DNA of 20,000 nucleotides, taken from positions 56,349 through 76,348 of IMG/VR virus record IMGVR_UViG_3300031784_002315; one strand, given 5' to 3'. The notes beneath the pieces are model-generated. The model saw only the letters and a program-made list of their open reading frames with translations. It did no database searches and was not told where the DNA came from. Source of the stretch: an uncultured virus (IMG/VR IMGVR_UViG_3300031784_002315). Taxonomy: Duplodnaviria; Heunggongvirae; Uroviricota; Caudoviricetes. The position numbers and the translations under genes are program-made. Of this stretch, positions 8,026 through 17,110 are shown piece after piece (position 1 is the stretch's first letter; each line of letters opens with the position of its first letter).

Positions 8026-9050
8026 TCCACAGGTTTACTAAATGTGTTGCCACATGCTCTAGCACAGGTCCATAATTTTTTAATGTTCCAATATTTTTGC
8101 CATACAGTTTGAAACGAGTTTGATTCAATTACTTTTTGAATGCCTTGTTTAGCGTCGGTATTACCTAAGTCATAAATCAAATCACTGTATTGTTTTTTTA
8201 TGTGTTGTTTTGCTGCAAATAAATTATCAGTAGTTCTCTCATAATCATATGGTATGGCTGCTAAAAAACAACAAGGCATAATACGCTTGTGAGCATCAAT
8301 ATAAATTTCTTTTTTATGTTTAGCATAACAAACGATTTCAGTGTTTTGAATTGTTTCGCTAACTGCTACAATATCCGTTGGATCAAAATAATTAACTTTT
8401 GTTATTGCTGGCGGATATAATCGATCAATTGTTTTTTCATTTTTATCTAACACAATGTATTCTTTTTCAAAGGCAAATCTACTGCTGTCTTTTGTATAAA
8501 ATTTTTCAAAACCAATTTTTTCTGCAAGGTCTCGTGCTTGATCTACTTGATGTTCATTATGCTTAAATCTAATAAAACTCCATTCTGCTATACCGCCAGC
8601 ATCGATAAAAGCAGTTGCATTATCAAGAATTTTTCTAAAATCTGTTCCTCTACGATAAACAGAATGTGTGTCTTCTAAGCCGTCAATTCCAAATACTACT
8701 CTATGATCAGGCAAATGCTGCGGTAAGATTTTCCAAAAATCTTGACTGCGTAAACTTCCGTTTGTATGTATGTCAGCAAATACGTTAAAGTTTTTTAAAT
8801 AATCTGTCATTAAATGAAAATCTTGATTAATTAATGGATCGCCAAAGTTACCACAAAATTCAATCTTTTTAATTATGTTTAGTGTATTGCTATCTAATAT
8901 TTCTTTAAAGTCGTCAATGGTCCAATCTGAGATTTGTAATAAAGGATTATCTATGCTTCCTCTATAATTTCGACTGCACATTGGACAACTGGCCTGGCAT
9001 CTATTTGTAATTTCTAAATGAATACTTTGTAGTTCATCATATCTAAACAT
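8007..9050 (-). CDS. Radical SAM protein with C-terminal SPASM/twitch-like domain
   Basis: 347 aa; CQASCPMC, FCGNFGDP, HTNGS, FGIDG; C-terminal VCYAK...IMPCC...CARAC. Confidence 0.9.
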   Translation of the reverse strand: MFRYDELQSIHLEITNRCQASCPMCSRNYRGSIDNPLLQISDWTIDDFKEILDSNTLNIIKKIEFCGNFGDPLINQDFHLMTDYLKNFNVFADIHTNGSLRSQDFWKILPQHLPDHRVVFGIDGLEDTHSVYRRGTDFRKILDNATAFIDAGGIAEWSFIRFKHNEHQVDQARDLAEKIGFEKFYTKDSSRFAFEKEYIVLDKNEKTIDRLYPPAITKVNYFDPTDIVAVSETIQNTEIVCYAKHKKEIYIDAHKRIMPCCFLAAIPYDYERTTDNLFAAKQHIKKQYSDLIYDLGNTDAKQGIQKVIESNSFQTVWQKYWNIKKLWTCARACGNTFSKPVDQVNNK

Positions 9051-9079
9051 AGTGATATTTATTGTACAGTAAATATAGT
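9051..9079. promoter_or_regulatory. Divergent intergenic region with two TAAATA boxes
   Basis: Minus strand: TAAATA at 9061-9056, 5 nt before ATG 9050. Plus strand: TAAATA at 9070-9075, 4 nt before ATG 9080. Same geometry as 3286..3330. Confidence 0.6.
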
Positions 9080-9838
9080 ATGAACGAAGCAGAATTATTT
9101 TTTGAAAAAAATAGAATTTATAATTGTAAACTTAATTCGTTACCCAACGACAATATGAATGACGAAGACATTGCATTATGGGTGTTGCAAGGTAGTCACG
9201 GAGACTGGTTACAACTAGATCTTGATATTGATACGCTAGACTTTATGTTTGACGAAAGATATGCTGCAACAAGTTACGTGTCACACCGAGACGAAAAGAC
9301 CGGCGAAGGCACACATCAAGGATGGTCAAGTTGCACACTTCACGGCATTGATGTTGAAAAAACCAATCACTGGACCACATACGGATATAAGTCTGAACCC
9401 GAATATCAATGGACCTACTTAGGTAAAAAAACTACAAAAATAAAAAAGTTTTGTGAATCGTTGCCTTTTGAAAATTTGTCAAGAGTAAGATTTATGAAAC
9501 TAGGTCCCAAAGGATACATTTCTCCACACAACGATCAAGGGTCCGGAATAGACTGGGGACAAATTTGGAATCACCCACTGCCGATTAATATTGCTATAGA
9601 TCACCCACCAAACTGTTTTATGACTATTGAGGATTCTGGTGTGGTACCATTTAACAACGGCAGAGCATTTTTAGTTAATATCTTGAAAAATCATTCTGTT
9701 ATAAACTTTAGTTCAGACGAACGTAAACATCTTATTGTTCACGGCATTGTGGGCGATCGCAAAGAGGATTATTGCAAACTATTAGCAGACAGTTATAGGA
9801 AAGCATATGCTTTACAAAGGGAAAAACTCAAAATCTAA
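9080..9838 (+). CDS. Asp/Asn beta-hydroxylase-like 2OG-Fe(II) oxygenase
   Basis: RVRFMKLGPKGYISPHND (HxD), NHSVINFS (distal His) and ERKHLIVHG (Arg). Start placed at ATG 9080 rather than TTG 9062, which would put the TAAATA box inside the gene. Confidence 0.8.
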   Translation: MNEAELFFEKNRIYNCKLNSLPNDNMNDEDIALWVLQGSHGDWLQLDLDIDTLDFMFDERYAATSYVSHRDEKTGEGTHQGWSSCTLHGIDVEKTNHWTTYGYKSEPEYQWTYLGKKTTKIKKFCESLPFENLSRVRFMKLGPKGYISPHNDQGSGIDWGQIWNHPLPINIAIDHPPNCFMTIEDSGVVPFNNGRAFLVNILKNHSVINFSSDERKHLIVHGIVGDRKEDYCKLLADSYRKAYALQREKLKI

Positions 9839-11018
9839 TATTTGTATTTGTATTATAGATGATACTGATGAATACAAACCTTGGATGCGAGAACTAGTTA
9901 AAAACACTGCTGACTATACAATTACAAATTGTACAGGATTTGGCTATGATGTTTATGTTGACGTCAACGAAGACCGTATGCTTCAACAGGTTGCTGACAA
10001 CTATAAAGTTGCTGTAGTAATAAGTGCCGGAACAGAATTTATAAACGGTAGTGATTTTTTTGATAATTTACCCAGTGACTTTTTCTTGTTAGCGCATATC
10101 ATAGACATGGGCGACAGTTATTACGGACTACACTATCAATGTTATGTTTTAAATTTAAAAAAATACAGAGAACTGGGTAAACCCGGTGTAGGTAAAACTG
10201 AATTACTGGATTCTCATACGCAGGAAGTACCATACAGATCTGCTGAAAACGTACACGACGACTATTTACCCATAGTATTGCGTAAACACATACTTAATAA
10301 AACACAGGTATACAAAAGTAAGTACCGCGGATGGAATTTGATCGCTGCTGGTTTACAGGCCGGACATGAAATATGTGCGTTTGATGAAAAATTAAGAAGC
10401 AGTAAACATTATCTATATCGAGACGTTGATACCAGTTCGTGGATTTATCATAGATATAACTATTGTTTAACACATCACACATTTAAGGAAAATACAGGTA
10501 ATTTAAATTTTCCAAGACCTTATAAAAAACCTATCACACAGTTTGTACATCCTGCGGCTGGAATAGACTGGTTTCACAAATTAATGCTGCACGGTTACAA
10601 AGACGAAACTGTGATTAAGTTTTATGATTACAATTTACGTGCGTTAGATGAAATGCGTGAACGTGTAAAAGACATGCCCTATCATCATTTTGAATTTCAT
10701 CACATTGACGCAATTAACGATGTTGAGCAGTTTGTAAAAATTATAGACACTGCCGATCCAGAAGGAACAGTTGTTCATATGAGTAATATTTTTGCATATG
10801 AAGGTACTGCGTCTTTGTTACCATTAAAATATCGTATAGAAAAAGAAAATTATCTAATATCTTGGATGCAAAAAAATATGCCTGATGCTGTACTAGATTT
10901 TGATCAACGGGCTGCCGAAGGTATTGTTCCGTGGCGTTTGGAATCTGGAATGGCTAAAGATTTAGTATTAACTGATTGGAATGCTATCAGTTTACCGTCT
11001 TGGCATACTTACGATTAA
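9807..11018 (+). CDS. Hypothetical protein (possibly two-domain, transferase-like)
   Basis: 403-aa ORF with AGGA upstream; no confident family. C-terminal HPAAG...KFYDYN...HIDAI...HMSNIF is weakly Rossmann/methyltransferase-like. Confidence 0.7.
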   Translation: MLYKGKNSKSNICICIIDDTDEYKPWMRELVKNTADYTITNCTGFGYDVYVDVNEDRMLQQVADNYKVAVVISAGTEFINGSDFFDNLPSDFFLLAHIIDMGDSYYGLHYQCYVLNLKKYRELGKPGVGKTELLDSHTQEVPYRSAENVHDDYLPIVLRKHILNKTQVYKSKYRGWNLIAAGLQAGHEICAFDEKLRSSKHYLYRDVDTSSWIYHRYNYCLTHHTFKENTGNLNFPRPYKKPITQFVHPAAGIDWFHKLMLHGYKDETVIKFYDYNLRALDEMRERVKDMPYHHFEFHHIDAINDVEQFVKIIDTADPEGTVVHMSNIFAYEGTASLLPLKYRIEKENYLISWMQKNMPDAVLDFDQRAAEGIVPWRLESGMAKDLVLTDWNAISLPSWHTYD

Positions 11019-12057
11019 TTTCATCAAACAGTTCTTTTGTTGCTGCTTTAGGAGCACAAAGTCCACACCAACATTTAGATTTTTTGCAAACTATTGTATC
11101 TGTGCCTTTTTTTATTTTTTCCAAGATTGCTTGTGTATTTTTTAAGTTTCCAATAGGGCCAACTTGCCCGTCAAAATTCATTCTACAATCTTTATTTGTA
11201 AAAACTTCACCGGTTGTTTGTCTGATATATAAAAAGAATCGGTCAACTGAACAATGCCATCCTTTAAAGTTGTTGCCTTTAACATAAGTTGTGGTATCGC
11301 AACTATTAGAGCACAAAGTTTTACCGCCGCAACAAGCACGACCTGTGGCATCTAAATTAAATCCACCAGTAAAAACTGCTTTAATTTTTTCTGTTGTTGT
11401 AGAAGGCTTTTTACCTGTAATATATTCTGCTTGTTGGTCAGTGTAGTTAAAACGTGTATCAAACCAATGATGGTCGATTTGTCTTTTATGCACTGTAAAT
11501 GTTCTTTGATTTGCCCAATCAACTAGTCTTACACATCTATCCCAATAGTTAGGATCCATCATAACATTGATTTGAAAATTTTTGCCGACTGATTTTAAAT
11601 AAAGACAATTATACTTAAACATCAAATGAAATTTTGTGTGTGAAGAAGCATGAAAACTCATTGTAGCATAATCAATGTATTGTACAATTTTTATCCACTT
11701 TGCAGTTGAACAAGAACCGTTTGTTATTAGTGCAACACGCATTGTCCAACTGTATTGACTTTTTTTGCTGTTTATGTATTCTAATATTTCAACAATGTTT
11801 GGATGAAAAATACTTTCGCCGCCTTGAATGTTTAAATTTGCTTCTCGATATTGATCTGTTTTAGTAGACATTATAGTATCTACATAATCGAATATAAAAT
11901 CTACAGTTTTTAAACTGTCTTTAAGGCTAGGATGCGACTGACTGTTGTCGTGGCCGTCGCCGCAGTATGCACAATCAAAGTTGCATTTTAAAGTGGATTC
12001 CCAAGCAATTTGAAATATTCCGTCAGTAACAGGCTCTAATGTTTCAAAGGTTATCAT
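10987..12057 (-). CDS. Radical SAM protein, type C paralog of 6973..8025
   Basis: 356 aa; CNFDCAYC, QGGES, ITNGS; GRACCGGKTLC, WHC, KDC, CKKSKCWCGLCAPKA. Confidence 0.9.
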   Translation of the reverse strand: MITFETLEPVTDGIFQIAWESTLKCNFDCAYCGDGHDNSQSHPSLKDSLKTVDFIFDYVDTIMSTKTDQYREANLNIQGGESIFHPNIVEILEYINSKKSQYSWTMRVALITNGSCSTAKWIKIVQYIDYATMSFHASSHTKFHLMFKYNCLYLKSVGKNFQINVMMDPNYWDRCVRLVDWANQRTFTVHKRQIDHHWFDTRFNYTDQQAEYITGKKPSTTTEKIKAVFTGGFNLDATGRACCGGKTLCSNSCDTTTYVKGNNFKGWHCSVDRFFLYIRQTTGEVFTNKDCRMNFDGQVGPIGNLKNTQAILEKIKKGTDTIVCKKSKCWCGLCAPKAATKELFDEINRKYAKTVN

Positions 12058-13024
12058 TGCTTATCCACTTTTTTAAAATTATTTCACCGTTGCAACCGCA
12101 AATAGACTTTGTGCATACAACAGGTAAAATGTCAGGGAAAAATGTTTTGTCAAAATTTGGCTCGTACAAGTTGTGATAAGTATCCGAGCCAAACAATTTT
12201 TGTTGACAGTTTCCTGTTATTCTGCCATCATAAAAGATTTTTAACAAATCAACACCTAGATTACAATTCCAATCTTTGAAATAATTTAGTTTGTTTAAGG
12301 TTAGATAACTGTCAGACGTTGTAGTAACAACTGTATTGCTGTTGTTTGTAATATAAACTTCTGTCCTGGGTTTTTTAACTGTTGCAGCAAACCATTCTTT
12401 GCTAGGATATCTTTTTATAGGTTCAATAAAGTATTTTTGTTGTTCTGATGTATATCGACTTTCGCCGTTGTAATGTACAACTTTAGCAAGAACAGGCCAT
12501 GCACATTTACTATCAGATAAGTCTTCAACTAGTTTAACACATTTTTCAAACGCGGCAGGATCCATCAATACATCAACATTAACAAAAACTCCTAGTTCAT
12601 ATAAAAAATCTGCTAGGGTTTTTATCTTTTGTATTCTTGCATATTCATGATGCACACTAATATTAACATGGTCTAAAACTCTGCCTGCCTTGGTCCACCA
12701 TATTACACCGCGAGTTCCGTTGGTGCTAATTTCAAGTATACACTTATATTTTGATTTTAGATATTCGCAAAGTGGCAAAAAACCGTCCCAGAGTGTTGGT
12801 TCGCCGCCTACAAAAAATATATTAAAAACTTCTTTGCCATTTTTTTTGTAATAATCTAATAGATGAGATAGATTTTTCTTAACAGTTTCAAAGTCGGGCC
12901 ACGGATGATCGCCTTCGTTACTGCCTGGAAAGCAATAATTACATTTTTGATTACAAGTGTTTCCTAACATATACTCTATTCGTAATACGTTGGGCTGCTG
13001 GTTGTTTTCTATTTTTACAATCAT
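12044..13024 (-). CDS. Radical SAM protein, type B paralog of 6089..6985
   Basis: 326 aa; IEYMLGNTCNQKCNYCFP, VGGEPT, STNGTR; FKDWNCNLG...GNC...CTKSICGC. Confidence 0.9.
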   Translation of the reverse strand: MIVKIENNQQPNVLRIEYMLGNTCNQKCNYCFPGSNEGDHPWPDFETVKKNLSHLLDYYKKNGKEVFNIFFVGGEPTLWDGFLPLCEYLKSKYKCILEISTNGTRGVIWWTKAGRVLDHVNISVHHEYARIQKIKTLADFLYELGVFVNVDVLMDPAAFEKCVKLVEDLSDSKCAWPVLAKVVHYNGESRYTSEQQKYFIEPIKRYPSKEWFAATVKKPRTEVYITNNSNTVVTTTSDSYLTLNKLNYFKDWNCNLGVDLLKIFYDGRITGNCQQKLFGSDTYHNLYEPNFDKTFFPDILPVVCTKSICGCNGEIILKKWISNDNL

Positions 13025-14415
13025 AGTAAATGTGCTAATTCAGGAAACACTTCACGAGCGTTTATTTTTCTTATTGAATCTAGTTTATTTACGTATTCCT
13101 TAAATGACGGAAGTAAATGTGATTGATCTTCAGCATACATATGATTTAACATACCTTCCCAACGACGCCATCCGTACGGATTACCCTGCCAAAAATCACT
13201 GCTATTATGATTAACTTCAAGCCAACCTTTAAACCGCATAAAACTGTCTTTTATCTCATCTTTGTCCGCTTTGGGTAACATTTGTATACTTAAAAAAGTA
13301 GGAATGTATAATAGATGCATATTAACAAGGCCGCCGCCTACTTCAATGTCGTTGTTGACTTGTTTATTAACTTTTCTAAAATTGCTAGATAGTTTCCAAT
13401 AGATAAAATCTGGAAGATGTTTAATATTAAAAATTTGTACGGCTGTTGCAATCGATGGCTGAATATTATCCGGAGTATTATCTAACATATGCAGATTTTT
13501 TTCAACCTTACTCCAGTCAGTAGGAAATCTAATATAGTTATTACGTTTACCTACTGCATCAATGCTAACACCAACTTTTACAAGTTTAAAGTGTTTCCAC
13601 AGTTCAATTAATTCTTCGTCGACTAATATTCCGTTTGTGTTATAACGCAAGATGATATCATAGTTATAGCCTTGACGTATTATTTCTTCTATAAACTTTT
13701 TATGTTCGCGAATCATAAGTGGTTCGCCACCAGCAAAATAAACTTCTTTTAAATTAGGAATTTGCTTGTAAAGTTGTTTCCAAAACTCCGGATTTTCGTG
13801 CCATCGGTTATCAAAACTTTCTTTATCCCATTGTAGTTGATTTTTTACTACGTCGTGAGTTATTTGCGGAAATAATTGTTTCCAATCTTTGACCCATTGA
13901 CTACTGTCGTGCGGACTGCACATCACGCATTTGATGTTGCAAGTATGACCTAAACGCAAATCAAGATATGCTAGTTTGTTAGGAACACGACCATCTGATT
14001 TGGTTTCGTTTAAAAGATTTACCGGATCAATACCACGTTCTAACCACGTAGCAGTTTCCCATATTCTTTTACTAGCAACTCCCTTTGATTCTTCTGAAAA
14101 ACATTTAGAGCAACTAACTGGTATTTTTTCATCCATCATGGTTTTTCTAACACCGCGCATGTATTCACTGTTCCATGCCTCCGTTGGAGTAGTGTTAGAA
14201 AAATTCAAATGTTCGCCTGTAGCAGTCTTTACAATTCCAAGAGTATGGTCTACACCTGCACCACTTGCATTTGCACTACAACACAATCTCATATCGCCAT
14301 TTGGTCTTGTGGCAAGATGTATCCAAGGCAACACACAAAAAGTTTTAGTAGCACGATCTTCGATAAAATCTTGCCATTTTTTTACTTCAGGATTTGTTGA
14401 TTCATACCACGTCAT
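13021..14415 (-). CDS. Radical SAM protein with N-terminal SPASM/twitch-like domain, type A paralog of 4013..5278
   Basis: 464 aa; KTFCVLPW...NGDMRLCC...EAWN...CSKC, then CNIKCVMCSPHDSSQW, FAGGEPLM, YNTNG, VSID, YIR. Confidence 0.92.
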   Translation of the reverse strand: MTWYESTNPEVKKWQDFIEDRATKTFCVLPWIHLATRPNGDMRLCCSANASGAGVDHTLGIVKTATGEHLNFSNTTPTEAWNSEYMRGVRKTMMDEKIPVSCSKCFSEESKGVASKRIWETATWLERGIDPVNLLNETKSDGRVPNKLAYLDLRLGHTCNIKCVMCSPHDSSQWVKDWKQLFPQITHDVVKNQLQWDKESFDNRWHENPEFWKQLYKQIPNLKEVYFAGGEPLMIREHKKFIEEIIRQGYNYDIILRYNTNGILVDEELIELWKHFKLVKVGVSIDAVGKRNNYIRFPTDWSKVEKNLHMLDNTPDNIQPSIATAVQIFNIKHLPDFIYWKLSSNFRKVNKQVNNDIEVGGGLVNMHLLYIPTFLSIQMLPKADKDEIKDSFMRFKGWLEVNHNSSDFWQGNPYGWRRWEGMLNHMYAEDQSHLLPSFKEYVNKLDSIRKINAREVFPELAHLL

Positions 14416-15017
14416 TTGTAGCCAATAATTAAAAATCTGTTGTAAAGAGGCAATTCTAATACATCTTTACAAAGTATGTTGTTTAACTGTGATGAATCAG
14501 CAAAGTCATCAACAGTATCAAAAGTTCTTATATGTTCGGGTAAACTATGATAGTTGTTGTTTTGTATTACAACTAATGTGTCTTTGGGAACATTGCTTAA
14601 CCAAGTATTATATTGTTCTTGAGTAATATGTTCTGTACTAGTGTTAATTACAATAGACGGAATTTCTTGATACTGATAAACAGACATATCTGCTGTTACT
14701 GCACAAAATCGATTTTCTATTTCGTATCGTTTATTAATCATTGCAGCAACTTCTTCGCAGGAAACATCTATATCTAAACTTGTAATGTGTTTTATATCGA
14801 TTGTTGAATTAAAGAGCAGTGCAGATAAGACACCATTCCACCCACCGTGGATTACAACACGATTGTTTTGAGTTTGAACTAATTTAGACAGATTTTCAAT
14901 TAACCACACCTTACTTTTTAGTTGTCCTTTCCAAAAACTTTCAAGAACACTGTATTGATTTTCTGCATTTCTAATAGCATCCATCCAAAACGCCACATCA
15001 TCTAAATCAACTTTCAT
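14412..15017 (-). CDS. Class I SAM-dependent methyltransferase-like protein
   Basis: 201 aa; VVIHGGWNG (motif I-like), ITSLDID (acidic end of beta-2), TADM and VINTSTEH. Confidence 0.65.
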   Translation of the reverse strand: MKVDLDDVAFWMDAIRNAENQYSVLESFWKGQLKSKVWLIENLSKLVQTQNNRVVIHGGWNGVLSALLFNSTIDIKHITSLDIDVSCEEVAAMINKRYEIENRFCAVTADMSVYQYQEIPSIVINTSTEHITQEQYNTWLSNVPKDTLVVIQNNNYHSLPEHIRTFDTVDDFADSSQLNNILCKDVLELPLYNRFLIIGYK

Positions 15018-16134
15018 CTAAAACTTTCCATATAGGGAGATCAAGTGGCAAACCTTTCATTATAATTTTATAATTTTTAAGTCTTCTTCTTTTTGTTATT
15101 TCAGAAAATTCATCAATTGTGTATTTGCTTATAATTTTATTCATAGAATTTATTGCCGAAAATAATCTTGTTGAATCTGATTCGTTATCGTACGAATTAT
15201 CGATCAAGTCGTCAAACACATCAAACCCGTATTTTCTAAGTCTTTCAAGGATACCTCTTGGTCCTATTATAACAGGTATTTGTTTTGCTGTAAAGACTTT
15301 CCAGGTTTTTTCTGTTATAAACATTTCAGACTTTATATTGTAACTAGTAAAATAAAATGTTTCAGTAACAAGATTTATCAATGCATTATTATAAATTTTA
15401 GGAGATAGATCATGAAAAAGACATTTGTTTGCCAAATCAGTAGCGTCAACAATTAACGGAAGTTTTGGTCGAACTTTATCAGCATGATTAATTAAAATTT
15501 CAGCATATTCTTTTTTATATTTGCTAATTGGAGTAAAAAGTATATCTTTAAATTCAAAGTTATCCAACACTTCGTAAGATCTATCGTTAGCCGATACATA
15601 TCCATTGTCTAATAAATTTAGATAATCTAAGTATGTTACTGTTGCTAGTCTATGTTCTCTAGGACGATTGTTTAGACAATTATACCATTGTATTTTATCA
15701 ATATCTATTTTGATCTTAGAATCTATAGTCCAACTACGTGTGCTCCAAAACCAGTTGTTATTTGAACAAACATAGAAAACAGAATTTTTGTTTTTATTTT
15801 TTAACCACGCTTTATATTCGTTTTCTGATTCCAAATGGCCGCTAACGTAGATAACTTTTTTTTCTAACTTATTAGAAAAAACAAATTCATATACTTTATT
15901 AAAATTTAAATATGCATATCCTTCTAACGTGTCGTCTAAGAATATATAAAAATTTTTATTTTTTTTTGCTAAATTGATTATTTTTTCAGGAATATAATCA
16001 ATTGATTTTAAATTTTTATATTTAACTCTATAAAAATATTTTCCAATATTTTGATTTTTCCAAATATTCAAGTTATTATGAGTTAGTCCAAAAATTTCTG
16101 GATTTTCATAAAGTGGAATATTTGTAAAATACAT
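15007..16134 (-). CDS. 'TEK-motif' putative GT-B glycosyltransferase (GT10-like), very AT-rich
   Basis: NCLNNRPREHR, LINLVTET, FITEKTWK...IPVIIG, GFDVFDDLIDNSYD. Start placed at ATG 16134, which forms TAATG with the epimerase stop; the track gives 16155. Confidence 0.5.
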   Translation of the reverse strand: MYFTNIPLYENPEIFGLTHNNLNIWKNQNIGKYFYRVKYKNLKSIDYIPEKIINLAKKNKNFYIFLDDTLEGYAYLNFNKVYEFVFSNKLEKKVIYVSGHLESENEYKAWLKNKNKNSVFYVCSNNNWFWSTRSWTIDSKIKIDIDKIQWYNCLNNRPREHRLATVTYLDYLNLLDNGYVSANDRSYEVLDNFEFKDILFTPISKYKKEYAEILINHADKVRPKLPLIVDATDLANKCLFHDLSPKIYNNALINLVTETFYFTSYNIKSEMFITEKTWKVFTAKQIPVIIGPRGILERLRKYGFDVFDDLIDNSYDNESDSTRLFSAINSMNKIISKYTIDEFSEITKRRRLKNYKIIMKGLPLDLPIWKVLDES

Positions 16135-17045
16135 TATTTTAAAATATTTTTCCAATGATGTATTGTTCTATCAATACCTTCTTCATAGGAAACTTTTGGT
16201 ACCCAACTGGTAAGTTGAGTTAACTTGTTATGATTACTGTTGAGCCACCAAATTTCTCCATGTCTAGGATCTTTGGTATTCCAATTAATTTGTCCCGACC
16301 ATTTTAGTTTTTCAGCAATATAATTGGCACAATCTTTAATCTTGCGTGGTTCGTCTGGGCCAATTGTAAACAAATGTCCTGAGCAATATTCCGGACTTTC
16401 AATTAGAGTCATCCAAGCATTTAACAAGTCGTCAATGTAAATAAAGTTTCTATAAGGCTCTGCATAACCTAAATTACAAACGTCACCTTTGATCATTTGA
16501 CTGATAATTTGCTCAGTGACAAAGAAGTCGTTGTCTTTTCTGCCATAGCAGTTAGTTTGACGCATAGCAGTCCAACGTAACCCATAGGCACGTTCTGCGT
16601 ATTCTAAATACTTTTCACATCCAAGTTTTGCAACTGCATAAGGAGCGTTTGGATGCGGAATTGTATTTTCGTCAAATGCTACACTTTTAACATATGTTCC
16701 TGTGCGTTCTACTTCATCTGATATAGGTTGCCATCCATATACTTCCATTGTACTAGCAAATACAAAATAGGGCATCGGATCTAGTTGTCTGCAAGATTCA
16801 ATTAAGTTTACAGTTCCTACGTAGTTTACTTCGCTAAAACTGACTTGCTCATAAAAACTTTTTTGTACTTCAGTTCTTGCTGCAAGGTGAACAACAATGT
16901 CCGGTGCTACAGATTTTATTTCTTCTTTTACTGAGTTGTGATCCGTTAAATCACTTGTTAAAGCATGAACTACGCCTAATTTTTCTAAACGTGGTAAAAG
17001 ATGCTGACCAATAAATCCGCTTGCACCTGTAAGTAATATTTTCAT
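16134..17045 (-). CDS. NAD-dependent NDP-sugar epimerase/dehydratase (extended SDR)
   Basis: 303 aa; ILLTGASGFIG, VVHLAA, ASTMEVYG, PYAVAK (YxxxK), RNFIYIDD; AGGA upstream. Confidence 0.93.
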   Translation of the reverse strand: MKILLTGASGFIGQHLLPRLEKLGVVHALTSDLTDHNSVKEEIKSVAPDIVVHLAARTEVQKSFYEQVSFSEVNYVGTVNLIESCRQLDPMPYFVFASTMEVYGWQPISDEVERTGTYVKSVAFDENTIPHPNAPYAVAKLGCEKYLEYAERAYGLRWTAMRQTNCYGRKDNDFFVTEQIISQMIKGDVCNLGYAEPYRNFIYIDDLLNAWMTLIESPEYCSGHLFTIGPDEPRKIKDCANYIAEKLKWSGQINWNTKDPRHGEIWWLNSNHNKLTQLTSWVPKVSYEEGIDRTIHHWKNILK

Positions 17046-17074
17046 CTATTTTTCCTATATTAAGTGTTATTATT

Positions 17075-17085
17075 GATATTTAGTG
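17075..17085 (-). promoter_or_regulatory. CACTAAATATC box upstream of the epimerase gene
   Basis: gatatttagtg at 17075-17085 is identical to 3289-3299 and matches 9054-9064 at 10/11 positions; it lies in the 65-nt intergenic gap. Confidence 0.5.
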
Positions 17086-17110
17086 AATTATTATACATTT
17101 GAATTCAATT

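Noticed and set aside
6089..13024. Calling the radical SAMs moaA or viperin
   Set aside because: They share generic CxxxCxxC/GGEP/TNG motifs only; there is no MoaA C-terminal GG or neighbouring moa genes, and no diagnostic viperin features I can confirm.
4013..14415. RiPP cluster interpretation (radical SAM/SPASM plus precursor peptide)
   Set aside because: No credible small precursor ORF, RRE/PqqD domain, peptidase or exporter is seen, and intergenic space is nearly absent. A precursor outside the window cannot be excluded.
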